Below, piece by piece: positions 35,218 through 48,447 of a DNA stretch of 64,000 nucleotides. The notes below the pieces were generated by a model. That model saw only the letters and a program-made list of their open reading frames with translations, ran no database searches and was not told the origin of the DNA. The translations under genes were made by a program, and so were the position numbers. Numbering within the stretch: position 1 is the stretch's first letter; the number at the start of each line of letters is the position of its first letter. Source of the stretch: Callorhinchus milii (lineage: Eukaryota); the NCBI RefSeq assembly GCF_018977255.1, contig NW_024704742.1, forward strand, positions 57,538,001-57,602,000, read 5' to 3'.

Positions 35218-36668
35218 CTATAGAAAGAAATACAAACATGTTACATATAATTAAAATGCACTTCTCTTTAATGGTTTACAAATATATTTACCTGCTGGTG
35301 CTTCTATCCAAATTATTTAGTTTCTGTTATTTGTAAAAGTCCTAATGAAAACAAACTTCAAGATCAGTGTTACACAAATGGTTAATATCTCTCAAACTAC
35401 AATAACAACAAGATTACATTTGTATAGTGCCTTTCACGTCGGGAGGACGTCCCAAGGCGCTGGACAGTGTACAGCATTTCAGACAGCTAAGGAAAGAACA
35501 GCTAAGAAAAGAAAGCCGGAAATCCAACTATTAATAATCAGACAAAAAGCATCAGGAAACTGGCTTGTCAGAGTGGTATCTTTGTATTCAATACAAATCC
35601 AAGTCTGTGAGCCAGAACTTATACAGTCATTGTGCCTGGAACTGAATATGGCAGCTAAATATCTAAGTCTTCATTTCTCAGTTAGGTCATTGGGATTCTT
35701 CAGTACAGACAAAAATGGGCACTCCATCTGTCTTGCCCTGGGTTAAGAGTGCCTCCTGTCGGATGAGACGCATGCCATTATTGATAACGAAAATCAGAAA
35801 GATATTCCTATTCTGTGCTGTTTTCCATTGAAAGGGTGACGTGTTTGGATGACTGACTTTGCTGATGTAGGATGTGAGTTAAAAATGAAGAAATTGTTTG
35901 GTAAAGTATATATTCAAACCAGTTTCTGGCATGTTCAACACAGCTCACGGGCGCTTCAGCTCATTCTGCCATTAAATGGGGTCATATAGGAAGCTTCTCA
36001 TAAGACAAATCCTGACCGTGCCACCAGGATAAAGGACCCATCAGAAGGCAGGGGAGAGAAAATCTGCCGATCAGTCAATCTAAGTACACCTGTACTCATC
36101 GTGCCTGTGCCGGCTCTTTGAAAGAGCTATCCAACTAGTCCCACTACCCTGCTCTTACCACATGGGCCTGTAATTGTTTCCTTTTCAAATACCTATCCAA
36201 TTCCTTTTTGAAAGATAATATCAAATCTGCTTCTGCCACCCTTTCAGGCAGTGCATTCCAGATAGTAACAACTCGCTGGGGGAAAAAAATTCCTCATTGA
36301 GAGAGAGAGAGATAGAGAGAAACAGTAAGAGAGAGAAGGGCTGACACAGTGTCGTACCATAATGACAGTATAAATTTAGTTTCCAAATAATTTTCCTAAT
36401 TTTCTCCCCATTGACATATGCTTCTACTACCAGCTTCCTCATCCAGGGAAAAGGTTACACAAGCATTAGTTATCCTCCAGTACCACACCCAGGTAGCCTG
36501 GATTCATGTGCAGTGAGTGTGAGCAGGCTTCACAGCCAAGACAAACATTTCCTCACCTGGCTGCCTCATGTAAGCACAAACAGTTGGAGGGAGTTGAAGG
36601 AACCTGGCTGGCTTTTCCCTCCCTAACCCTGCGATGGAAAGGGCAATTTAGCCTCCCAATGCTACCCT

Positions 36669-36981
36669 GGAGTCCTGTAGCTCAGTGGTTAGAGCACTCA
36701 CTTTGCAAGTGATAGACCTGGGTTTGGTTCCCGGCAGGGTGAAACCTTGGGCAAGTTTCCTTACTCCACACGCCTGATAATAAGCCCTCAAGAAAAAAAC
36801 CAATAATAAATTAGTCACTTCAATCCATGACTGTTTTTGGGACACTGCTGTGCGCAATTGGCTGCTGCGTTTCACCCACAAATATACAGTCAATTCACTT
36901 TACAGTATATTCTGTGAAGCGCTTTGAGATGTCTAGAAGACATGATAAGGCTCTATATCAAATGCAAGGATTATTATTATT
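36669..36981 (+). mobile_element. tRNA-Ala SINE, short subfamily, inserted into an ancient SINE relic
   Basis: Full head and (ATT)n tail. Confidence 0.88.
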
Positions 36982-37066
36982 AGCCTGGATAAGACCAGTA
37001 AAGTAAGCAAGGTCTAGGATTTGAAGCAGTGAGCTCCCAGTCCATGAGCTCCTATTCCATTCCTAC

Positions 37067-37680
37067 AACAACTTGCATTTATATAGCGCCCCTCACGCAG
37101 TGTAGCGTCCCAGAGTGCTTGATAGTGGTGGAGAATGATGACGAGCCGGGGGGAGGTGACCATAGGCATGATCGAAGAGGAAGATCTTCAGGTGTGATCT
37201 GAAGATGGGGAAGGAAAGGGTAAGGCAGAGGGATAGAGGAAGAGTGTTTTGGGGTATAGTGGCTAAAAGCGCAGCCACCAATGGTGGAACGGAGGCATAA
37301 TGGACGTGCTAGTCGAGCGGAGGCACGGTGTTGTGGGTTGGGGAGAAAGCAGGTCGGAGAAGTAGGGAGATGCCAGAGCAAGAAAGTATTTGGTAACGAG
37401 TGTGAGGTTCTTGAAATTGATCCGTTCAGTGATAGGGAGCCAGTGCAGCCTGGCTAGAACTGGTGTGATGGGAGTATGAAGTTTAGTACAGGTGAATATG
37501 CGGTCGGTGGAGTTTTATATCAGCTGGATTTTGTGGACGGTGGAGCTGGAGAGACCGGCGAAGAGGGCATTTGAATAGTCAGGGCGAGGTGACCGTAGGC
37601 ACGGTCAAAGAGGAAGGTCTTTAGGTAAGATCTGAAGATGGGGAAGGAAGGGGCAAGACGAAGAGATAGCAGAAGAGAAT
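37067..37680 (-). mobile_element. L2 3' fragments
   Basis: FRSHLKIFLFDHAYG; partial duplication of the 3' end at ~37585-37680. Confidence 0.75.
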
Positions 37681-39795
37681 TGAAGCTACCAATAGTAGAC
37701 TTTTGAAGTTAGTACTGGGACCAATAGGAATTTGTGTCATGTCCACCATTGTCTTATCCACAATAGGGCCATTTCACCCACAAAATATACAGTCAATTCA
37801 CTTTACAGTAAATTATGTGAAGTGTTTTGAGGCGTCTTGAAGATGTCATAGCACGCTATATCAAATGCAAGTATTATTATTCCCAATTAGTTTAGATAAT
37901 AAGTTCTATACTGTAGAAAGATTTATCAAAGATTATTCATTTTGACAATTAATTTATGAATAGACCCCCAATATTTGATTATTTTACACTTCCTTGGAAA
38001 GTTTTATAAATTATAGACTACAAACTGTTCTTTGAGATACCAATGAGTAAGAGAGAGAACATTTGCAACATTCAATAAATTTATGACAATAATTTTGATA
38101 ATTATGTTAATTGTGAAAATTATACATTTCGCCCACAAAATACACAATATTATATCCTGTGAAGCGCTTTAAGACGTACCAATGGTGTGATAAGGCACTC
38201 TATCAAACCAAGGATTATTATTATTAATTAACAACGTTTCCTGCTCAACATCATGACCTAAAATCTCACTGGGAAAACATGGGATAAAACTATTTCTGGG
38301 ATGGGGAAAAAATGCATTTTGCCACACTTCACTAGATCTTGCTCAGAAAATAACTATTAAATCAAAACAAATATTTACATACTTTCTAAAAACTTCAGGA
38401 ACTTGAAACAAAAAACTGCTCATCAAACACATGGCAGCAACGAAAGCTAAAGACAGCACGTGTGGGGGGAGGAAGAGGAGGAGACAAGACAGTGACACCT
38501 TATGGCTATTCAGTGAAATACATCAAGCTTAGTTTGAATTTAGCAATATTCACATTAACAGCATAAATTACATAATGTTCAATGCGAGTGGTGTTAATTA
38601 TCATTGTGATTTTAATTATTAATCATGTGTTAGCAGATAAATTCCCTTATTACTTGGGTTCTTTAAGGTTCTTCCTGTTATAGCTTCATTTTTGAAACCA
38701 ACCAGGTTTGCTTCACAAAGTTAATTTGTACTAAGTCTGCCTTTAACTTTTATATGTAAACAGTACGTTTTAATACAGATTAAATTGCCTCAAAGGGAAG
38801 CACATCTTTTCATTCTGTTCAAACCTGCTGCAACTATTCTGATCTGTGTGCTTCAGGCAGAGAACTCATTAATGTGGCGAACTGCTATTCTGCTTGGTAA
38901 GTTTTACAAATTTGTCCCTGTGCATTTTGAATCAACTGCAATTGTACATGCATAATTGAATTTTGCATTCATAATGCTATTCATAAATTACAATTTCAGT
39001 GACTGATTTATAAAAATGTACCAAATAGAGCAGAATAGCTCTCAAACCACATCAATGGAATACATGGGACAGAATAATCCCCAAGGATTGTAAGTGAGGT
39101 AATGAAAAGAAAACACTGATAAGATCTGAGACATGAATGTTAATACTGTTTCACTCATTTCTTACACTGCAGCAAAAGAGGCTAAATCTATTTTAAAAGT
39201 CAGACACTGCAACTGATATACAAGCCTTTACATATATATAGAAGAAATGATCATTCCATTAATCCAATAAAACACAATATATGTTAGGCTACATGTTTAT
39301 TCACAATGGAACTTTGGCAAGCCAGCCAAGCAGATCTCTTCTTTGATTATAATACAAACTAAAGTGCTCCACTCCCGAAAAGTCAAGAGAGGCTGCTAAC
39401 ATGCCCAGCAACTCATAGCCAATGCATTTATTTAATAAACCAACTAATTACTCTCCTTCTGGGTTGGGTGGGTGGTTGGGTAGGGGCAGTGAAAGGGGCA
39501 GGAAGGTAACCAGGGTCTCCTTGCAGCTGAACTGATTCCAAGGTGACGGAATACTGGAAATGAGTCAATCATCTGTGGCGCTCTCAGTAGCTGGTTCATG
39601 ATCCAGGCAGGTCCACAGTACTACAGGGTACTGCTGATGACAGTTCTTGGATGCAGACTGATCACCCGGGCAGGCAATCAGCTTCTGGAAATCTAGAGGC
39701 TGCTTGCACCAAATATTGTTCCACTCATGTGGAAGGTGCCAAAAATATCCACCGAGACATCACAGCCCTTTGTATCCATACACACCAACCTCCGA

Positions 39796-39949
39796 TGCTA
39801 AAAAAAAAGATCTATTTCTGAGTTGTCAAGTTGCCACTGACATCTCCTACTGCACACCAAGTGCAAGTACTTCCTGCACATATGCTGAGTTCACAGGAAG
39901 TGGCTTCAGCAGTGACCTGATGACCCGAAAGTCAGACTTTTTTTTAGCA
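39796..39949. repeat. Decayed palindrome (MITE-like)
   Basis: TGCTAAAAAAAAAG...CTTTTTTTTAGCA outer arms; ACTTCCTG...CAGGAAGT inner arms. Confidence 0.75.
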
Positions 39950-40518
39950 CACAGGAAGCTGGCCAGTCTGCATGTTGAAACCAACTCACCCGTTTTATAG
40001 CGAATCTGCCTCATAAGAGACTACCTTATGGAAGTGTAAATTGTAATGTATCTTATAATGGGGCTCTTCTGTATCTCCACTACATCTCAAAATAAATAGT
40101 AGCGGAGGCTGGGAGATAACAATAATACTTCTATATTAAATAGGGCTTTATCACATTTTCAGATGTCTCAAAGTGCTATTACATAATAAAGTATTTAACA
40201 AGGGCATGGAATCCAATTTCTCCATATGGCGATTGAAACCAGCATTTAACTTCTGGATTGTTTATTGAAGCTGGTAGAAAGCACAGAGCACTCTTCCCTC
40301 CTTTATCTGGTTCATACTCTATGTGAAGATTTTTCTCTTAGGTACCTTGGCAGAATGGTGGAAGAGACGATTTAGAGCAATAACAGAGTGGGATCTTCAC
40401 TAAGCCGAGGGATGAGTGGCATTGGATTAATCTGGATTCTTTGAATATTTCTACAATGTTCAGAATTGGAAAAAAAGTGGATTCTAATTTTGCTGAATTT
40501 ACAGAAAAATATTCTGTG

Positions 40519-40843
40519 AATAATAATAATAATAATAATCCTTGCATTTGATATAGCCCTTTTCACGTCGGGAGGACGTCCCAAAGCGCTTTACAGAACA
40601 CACTGTAAAGTGAATTGACTGTATATTTGTGGGCGAACGCGGCAGCCAATTGCGCACAGCAATGTCCCACAAACAGTCGTAGATTGAAAATGACCAATTT
40701 ATTATTGTTTTTGGTTTTGGAGGGATTATTATTAGGCGTATGGAGTAAGGAAACTTGCCCAAGGTTTCGCCCTGTGCCTGGAATTGAACTCAGGTCTCTC
40801 ACTTGCAAAGCGAGTGCTCTAACCACTGAGCTACAGGACTCCA
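40519..40843 (-). mobile_element. Young SINE, full length
   Basis: Near-identical to the copies at 13936 and 19359. Confidence 0.92.
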
Positions 40844-40866
40844 CAATAATATTCTTCGAAAAATAA

Positions 40867-41172
40867 TGTAGAACCCTATAGTATATTGGTTAGAGCACTC
40901 ACCTTGTAAGCGAGAGGACCTGGATTCGATTCCTAGACAGGATGAAACCTGAGGCAAGTTTCCTTACTTCACACGCCTCTGCTTACCTAGCAGTAAGTCA
41001 GAACTTGGTTGTTAGTCGATTGGCACATCTCTTTTCCATGTGGAGTAAGGAAATGTGCCCAACATTTCACCCTGACGGTAAAATTATACTTTACAGTAAA
41101 TTGTGTGAAGCGCTTTGAGACGTCTCAATGACATGATAAGGCACTACATCAAATGAAAGGATTATTATTATT
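40867..41172 (+). mobile_element. Older tRNA SINE, long subfamily, rearranged
   Basis: Degenerate head, central TTACCTAGCAGTAAG segment, (ATT)n tail. Confidence 0.8.
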
Positions 41173-41889
41173 TTTCAAAGATTATTTTTCACAGCATATT
41201 TTTCTGTAAATTCAGCAAATTAGAGTCCATTTTTTTCAAATCTGAACATGATACTATTTTAGATGATTCGTCATGCGAACACTATCCATAACTTTGAAAG
41301 TTCCATGTAAACACAAGGAAACGTTTGATTTTTTTCAGGGTTATTGGGACATACTGTACAAAAAACTGTGGTTGAGGTAGAATCCAGAATTTTTAAAACA
41401 GAACCAGATAAACTGGAAAAATATAAAAGTGTCTGGAGGAAGACGAATGAAGACCATCTAAGAAACCATATGAAGACCATATCAGAAAGACCCCTATCTT
41501 TTAGGAATCCTCATAAATTAATCCTCAGTGTCTGGAAGCCAATTAACATTTATGTTATAATGAGACACATACTGTATAAAAATAGAACTCAGCTGCAAAT
41601 ATCACCAACAGAGAAATGTGGATGTTGTAATTCCATGATCTTTACATACTTTGTAGTCTAGGAACTGAAAAAAACACAATTACAGTAAGGGATATAGTGT
41701 TTTGGGAGTCATTCTGGTGTCTGACATGTGCAGAAAAGCATCACCATGCTTCAGAGATCCAACCCAGACAGAGTTTCACATATATATGTCACCTACGTAT
41801 AGAAATTTTCCTGCATCTGGAATGGAGTACACACTCTCTCTCTGAAGGCATGCACCCCACTTATCTAATTTCTGAGAGTATTAGGCACA

Positions 41890-42345
41890 TGTTGGCAAGA
41901 TCCAAGGTTGGGGACCCCTGAGTGCACCCATCACATCAGTCCTTGCCAGGCTGCTCTGGCTCCCAATTTCCAAATGGATCAACTTCAAGATCCTCTCTCT
42001 CGTTTTCAAATCCCTTCATGCTCTCGCACCTCCCTACCTTGCCGACTCACTCACCTCTACTCCACCACTAGCTGCCTCCACTCGGCCGGCTCCGACCTCC
42101 TGTTTGTCCCTCACCCCCTCCACTCCACCACCGGCAGCTGTGCTTTTCAGTCACTATGCTCCAAAGCTCTGTAACTCTCTTACTAAATCCCCTTGCCCCC
42201 TCCCTCCCCAGTTCCAAATCCCGCCTAAAAACCTTCCTTTTTAATTGTGCTTACGATCACCTTCCCCCTGGCTCGGGGTCACACTGTTAAGTGTTCCGGG
42301 ATGCTACATGGCATGAAGGGTGCTATATAAATGCCAGTTGTTGTT
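41890..42345 (+). mobile_element. L2 3' fragment
   Basis: FKILSLVFKSLHALAPPYL; (TTG)n tail. Confidence 0.75.
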
Positions 42346-44351
42346 GGGGTACTGCTGGGATTTAATCATCTAAAAGAGACATTGCTACATAGAGGCAGCA
42401 GTGCTTGACGTTGACTAAGTGGACCACATGGACTGGTTGTTGAATTCTTTCACTGCCACTCTCAATTTAACAACACCAAAAATATTGGTGTGAATTGACA
42501 ATAACAGTTATTCTGAGGCAGTTCACAGATGAACCATATTGTCACAAAACTGTTAACAACAAAATTATATTTGTATAGTGCATTTCATGTCAGGAAGATG
42601 TCCCAAGGCACTGGATAAGGGTGTTGTTTGCAATTATGGACACTGTAGCTTTATAGAGATGTTAAATGAACATCCTATTTAAGGTGGGCTACCTATTATG
42701 GCAATAAAACTACAATAAATTTTACAGGTGCATCTCAATTTTTGTGCAAGCACTTAAATTAATTACACATTACACTAAGAGAGCCTAATAACTACAATGC
42801 TAGAGACTGGATCTTTTGCCATGATGCCCATGTTGAAAATCTCCGACTAAATGCATGTTTGTTAACATGTAAGACACCTCCTGGGCAGTACTTTTGTCTA
42901 ACATCAGCTGGTTATCTGTGGAAAGGCAGAAAAACTGGCCAAAGAATAGTTTTCTACAAAACTCAAGATACACATCTGGTGATCCAGGTGACAAGTGTTA
43001 AGAGCATTCATGAAACTCAGCAGGTTGAGACTGATAGCATTCATGAAGTCCAACAGTTTCTCCCTCCTCATCTAGGAGGCTAAGATTAATTTGGAGGGCG
43101 TGAAAGAGTAATGACATAAACAGAGTGTAGTTCCTGTAAGGAATTTTTGCTAATAATCTTCACCTGTTGCCTTTCTATTTTAGGAATGTTTTCTGTTTTC
43201 CTCGTAGTCTGTCTTAGCTCTTGCTCAGTCAGCATAACCACAATGTTAACTTATTTCAGTTTAATTCTTAGCTGGTAAGATTAATGTTTTTCTCATAAGC
43301 TTTCCGCAGTCCCTTTTACAGACCTTTACTGTATTCTATTACTCATTTTCATCACCATCTATTGCATCTATTACAGATCCTCATAAATATCCTAGTCATT
43401 ATTCTCTGATATATCTGGGGAGGGGGCAATACCTCAAGTCTCAATTCAAGACCTGTTTGTGGGACATTGGTGTGCAAATTTGGCTGCTGGGTTAATCTAC
43501 AAAATGCAATATATCCTGTGAAGCACTTTGAGATGTCCTCCCGATGTGAAAGTTTTATTTTCACATATCATATAAATGGTAAGTTTTATTTATTTAAGTT
43601 AAGTGAATGTGCATTCGTCCCCAAAATGCGCATTGAGGATCCAGTTGAGTGCTCATCTGATCCAGTTCTATTTGACTAAAGCTTAAAATATTTTAGCTTT
43701 ATACATACCAGCCATGTCTTCCTCAATAATTTTCATTGGCTATCCTTCTGCTTAACAGCTTTATTCAAATCTTTTGGAATGAGACAAATTTAGATTTTAT
43801 TAGGTATTAATGACTGTCCACGTTGTTCACCCATTATTTTTTGATTCACGCAATCATTAAATTGTATCTAACCTTTCCACATGATCAAGTTATGTTTCTC
43901 CCTTGTCAAATTTCTCCCCTTCGACTGTTCTGCTGGATGCATTTGACTCACGTTGGCTCCTGTGGTACATAATCTCAGGTACAATCAATCAGTAGTACTT
44001 GCACAGTTGGTCATTGTTTCTGTGTAAGCCTGGATAGTGAGTGTCAGCAGGCTATCTGATTTTAGGAGCCCAATCATGCCTTCACGTACGTGCATCTCCA
44101 GCAGGAGTCACTGTTAAGGTCACGACGAGCACCTTGACTGATCTTCCCCCCTTAGGATGAAGGAATCCTTCAAAACACTGATTGGGCAGCTTCTTGCACA
44201 TAGCATGCAGATACAATAGACCTCTTAGTGTCTTGCTTTGTCCCAGCATTCACTACAAATGCTTGTGAGTGGTTGACAGCTTTTTGCACACACATACATA
44301 GGGTGCAGCAAATAATGTCACAAGAAACCAGACAACCTGAAAGCAACAATA

Positions 44352-44677
44352 ATTATAATAATCCTTGCATTTGATATAGTGCAGTATCATGTCTTCAATA
44401 CATCTCAAAGCAGTTCACAGAATATACTGTAAAATGAATTGACTATATTTTGTGGGCACAATGCAGCAGCCTATCAGTAGTAGTGCCCAACAAACAGAAA
44501 TGGATTGAGTGACCATTTTTTAAAGGAATTATTACCCCCGGAGAAGCGATCCATCAATCAATCGACTAATAACCGGGTACTTACTTATTGCTAGGTAAAC
44601 TGAGGTGCGTGGAGTAAGGAAACTTGCCCAACGTTTTGTCCTGCTGGGAATCGAACCCAGGTCTCTTGCTTGCGAGG
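44352..44677 (-). mobile_element. tRNA SINE, long subfamily
   Basis: B box GGTTCGATTCC, central segment, tail. Confidence 0.82.
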
Positions 44678-44681
44678 CAAT

Positions 44682-45510
44682 TGGATGAGGGCAAATTTCC
44701 TACAGTTGAATGTGAACAAGACTGAGGCCCTCCAGCACCTCAGGCTTTAGCAGCATCAACTTCCATGGTTGCACATCACAACTCACCAACCCAGTCAGGA
44801 AAATAGGTGTCTTGTTCGACCCTCAATTGTCTTTTCTTGCCCACAACCAAGCCATGACCCGCTCTGCCTTCCCTCACCTCCGTAACATCGCCCCGACTCC
44901 GCCATTACCTCACCCCTCAGCCACTTGTTCATGCCTTCATCACCTCCAGGCTTGACTACGCAAACTCCCTGCTTGTCGGCCTTCCCAACTCCTCCCTCCA
45001 CAGGCTGCAGATAATCCAAAACTCTACAGCCCGTGTTCTCTCCCGCACCAAACTCTGTGATCCCATCTCCCCTGACTCCATTGGCTCCCTATCCTTCAGA
45101 GGATCCAGTTCAAGATCCTGGTCTTTATCTACAAAGCCCTCCATAGCCTCGCCCCACTCTATCTCTGCGACGTCCTAACCCCGACCAACCCGCCCGTTCC
45201 CTCCACTCAGCCAGCTCTGGCCTGCTCCATGTGCCCCGACCCACCCATCCCACCATTGGCGGGAGAGCCTTCAGCCACTCCGACCCCAACCTCTGGAATT
45301 TCATCCCCCAGTCACTCCGCCTCGCCCCCTCCTTAGCCTCCTTCAAGGACTGTAGGCTTTCGCCCACAAATATATGGTCAATTCACTTTACAGTCTATTC
45401 TGTGAAGCGCTTTGAGACGTTGAGAAGATGTGAAAAGCGCTACATCAAACGCAAGGATTATTATTGTTATTATTCAAGTCCCGCCTCAAGACCCTCCTCT
45501 TCGACCATGC
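44682..45510 (+). mobile_element. L2 3' half, interrupted by a SINE tail (45358-45474)
   Basis: Closely matches 10668-11400. Confidence 0.88.
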
Positions 45511-46581
45511 TTTCTTTTTACAGGCCATGCCAGACTTGTTTTGGTATATGTGCTGTATTTATTTGGTGACTTCTATATGAAATTAGAGCAGTTTTGTTTT
45601 TGATCTTTCTGCTAACACAATGCCATTCTGTCCCAATAGTTGTCTTAACAGTACCTTTAAGAGTTGGAAACAAATCTGATTTTCACCTCATTTTAATTAT
45701 TTGCTCACAGTTCCAATGAAGTTCCCATTAGCCTCATATTCTACATGCTCTCTTTAGTTTATGTGCCGCACCTTCTCCTTTGCTCTTATTTTTGGTTTCT
45801 TTCAACACCACCATCGGAGGCCAAGCCTTCAGAACCTACCGTTGAACCTCCGGAATTCCTTCTCTCTACCCCTCGCTCTCTGTCTTTAATCCCCACCTCA
45901 AAGCCTCCCCTTCTTCAAACATGCCAATGGCCATTTCACCCTTCCCCGCGACTGAGTCTGCCCTTCTAAAGCAATTCATTATACGAAGAGCGCTTCATGA
46001 ATGCAAGTTGTTTTTTGTGTCAGCCTGGCTCACTTGTCCAGTAAATCCTAACTATTGAAACAATTTATTCCCTTCAATGTTTAACTGGCACCGAAGATGC
46101 CAGAATTTCTCCATCTCTGCAGAGCTATTCTAGTAGTATGACGGCAAAGCCAAGTCGATGAATTCCCGCTACACTCACCTCCCAACACCACACTGCACCA
46201 GTGAGACCTTTTTTTATTTCCCATCTCAACCATCCCTGACCTCCCTTAATGAGTATCAATTATTGTTGAATCAGATTTCCATCAGCAATTGGGTTGAGAA
46301 TGTCCAAATACATTACACAGGCAGAAAAGAGGCTTTCGGCACATCTGTCTGGGTTGGATTGAAACTCAGACTCAAGGTGTAACAGGATCTCCCACTCCCC
46401 CACCTTTCTGGGAACTTAGGTTTAGGTGAACAAATAGAGCAGTGATATCATTGAGCTTGACATATTTCTAGACAGGAAAACAAAGATACAACATAACTAA
46501 TTAATTACAGAGAACATTCTGTATTGTATTCTGTAACCTTCCTAACTCTGGAAAAAAACATCTTTATTGTTGAATACATAC

Positions 46582-46734
46582 CTGGAAAGCAGGTAGCTAG
46601 ATGTTCCATGAGAGCCTCCTGGGTGACTCGTTTCCTTGAAGCGTTCATTGCTGAGATGGCCAAGCAAAGAACTTCCCCCAGAGGAATAAACTGTGACTGA
46701 CTGATGGGGGACATACTGATTGGTGACACATCAC
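46582..46734 (-). CDS. STOX2: Storkhead-box protein 2, internal exon (G)[50 protein letters not shown](G), N-terminal half of the winged-helix Storkhead domain
   Basis: Near-identical to the recalled vertebrate STOX2 sequence; CCTCAG acceptor, GTATGT donor, 153 nt, phase 1-1. Confidence 0.96.
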
Positions 46735-46949
46735 CTGAGGAGCATAAGAAGCAATACATCTAATCAGATTTACCATGTGAAAACACACTCATTTTTCAGT
46801 ATGAGGCACTGATTGTAAACATTGTAATCCTTACATTCCATATACATGACCTACACATGACATTAATCCCCATCGAAACATCTCATGTGGAAAGGTTAGA
46901 TACAATTTAATGATTAACAGGATTTACTGTGAATTGTAGTAACAATAAA

Positions 46950-47266
46950 AATAATAATAATCTTTGCATTTGATATAGCGTTTTTCACGTCTTCTAGACA
47001 TCTCAAAGCGCTTCGCAGAATATACTGTAAAGTGAATTGACTGCATATTTGTGGGTGAAACGCGGCAGCCAATTGCGCACAGCAGTGTCCCACAAACAAT
47101 CATGGATTGAAAATAACCAATTTATTATTGTTTTTTTGTTTTGGAGAGATTATTATTAGGCATGTTGAGTAAGGAAACTTGCCCAAGGTTTCGCCCTGCC
47201 TGGAGTTGAACCCAAGTCTTTTGCTTGCAGAGCGAGTGCTCTAACCACTGAGCTACAGGACTCCAC
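46950..47266 (-). mobile_element. tRNA-Ala SINE, short subfamily
   Basis: Full head and tail. Confidence 0.88.
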
Positions 47267-47268
47267 TA

Positions 47269-48447
47269 TTCCTGACTGGCTGGTGAGTTGAAGTGTGCAA
47301 CCATGGAGGTTGATGCTGCCAGAGCCTGAGGTCCTGAGGCGCTGGCGTGAGCCAATCAGGAGGGCCTCAGTCTTGTGCACATTGAATTGTAGGAAATTTG
47401 CCCTCATCCAGGACTTGATGTCCGACAGGCAGTCTGTCAGGACAGCAGTGGTCCTGGAGTTGAGGGTGGAGGCAGAAAGATAGGAGTTGAGGGTCATCCG
47501 CATACATATGGAAGTTGACCCCATGTCTGCGATGATGTCACCAAGGGGGAGCATATAGATATTAAAGATGAGAGGGCCAAGGACAGAGCCCTGGGGAACA
47601 CCAGACATGACAGTGTGAAGGCTGGAGGAGAAACCGTTGGAGGCAACAAAGTGGAGACGGTGGGAGAGATAGGAACCAGGCAAGGGCAGGTCTGCGAAGA
47701 TTAAGTAAAGAAGAGAGGTGGTGTATGAGGATGGAGTGGTCGACAGTGTCGAAGACGGCAGAGAGGTCGAGGAGGACAAGGAGGCAGAGGGAGACCTGAT
47801 CACAGATGTTCAGAATGTCATTACTGACTTTGACCCGGGCTGTTTCCGTGCTATGGGCAGCGCAGAAGCCGGATTGGAGGGGTTCAAAGAGGGAATGGCG
47901 AGAAAGAAAGGAGCGGAACTAGGACGTGACGACTCGTTCCAGGACGTTGGAGAGGAATGGGAAGTTAGAGATGGGGCGATAGCTGGAGAGAAGGGATGGG
48001 GTCAGGGAAGGTTTTTTCAGGATGGGAATGATGACAGCTGATTTTAGGGGGGTTGGAACAAGGAGAGGTTGATGACATCGGACAGGAGAGGGACCAGAAC
48101 GTGGAGCTGGGACATGAGGAGAGAGGTGGGGATGGGATCGTGGGATCAAGGGAGCAAGTGGTGGGTTTGAGTTTGTGGACAGTCGTGGTAAGGGAGGAGG
48201 GAGAGATAGGGTCAAAGGAGTATAGGAGGGGATGGGTGAGGGGTGGGTCATGAGGGAGAGATGATGTGGGGGTGGCTGTCAACGGGACAGAGGTGGCTGA
48301 ATGTATCCCCCCAATTTTGGATTCGAGCAAGTCCAGCATCTCCTCATAGTTGGAGTTTGAGGAGAGGATGGACAAGGTGTGAGAAGGAGGAGACGGTTTG
48401 TGGTGGAAAAGAGAAGCCTAAAGTTGTCCTTTGCCTCCAAGATAACC
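47269..48447 (-). mobile_element. L2 RT-region fragment
   Basis: [24 protein letters not shown] and YRPISNFPFLSNVLE; same subfamily as the copy at 9577. Confidence 0.9.
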
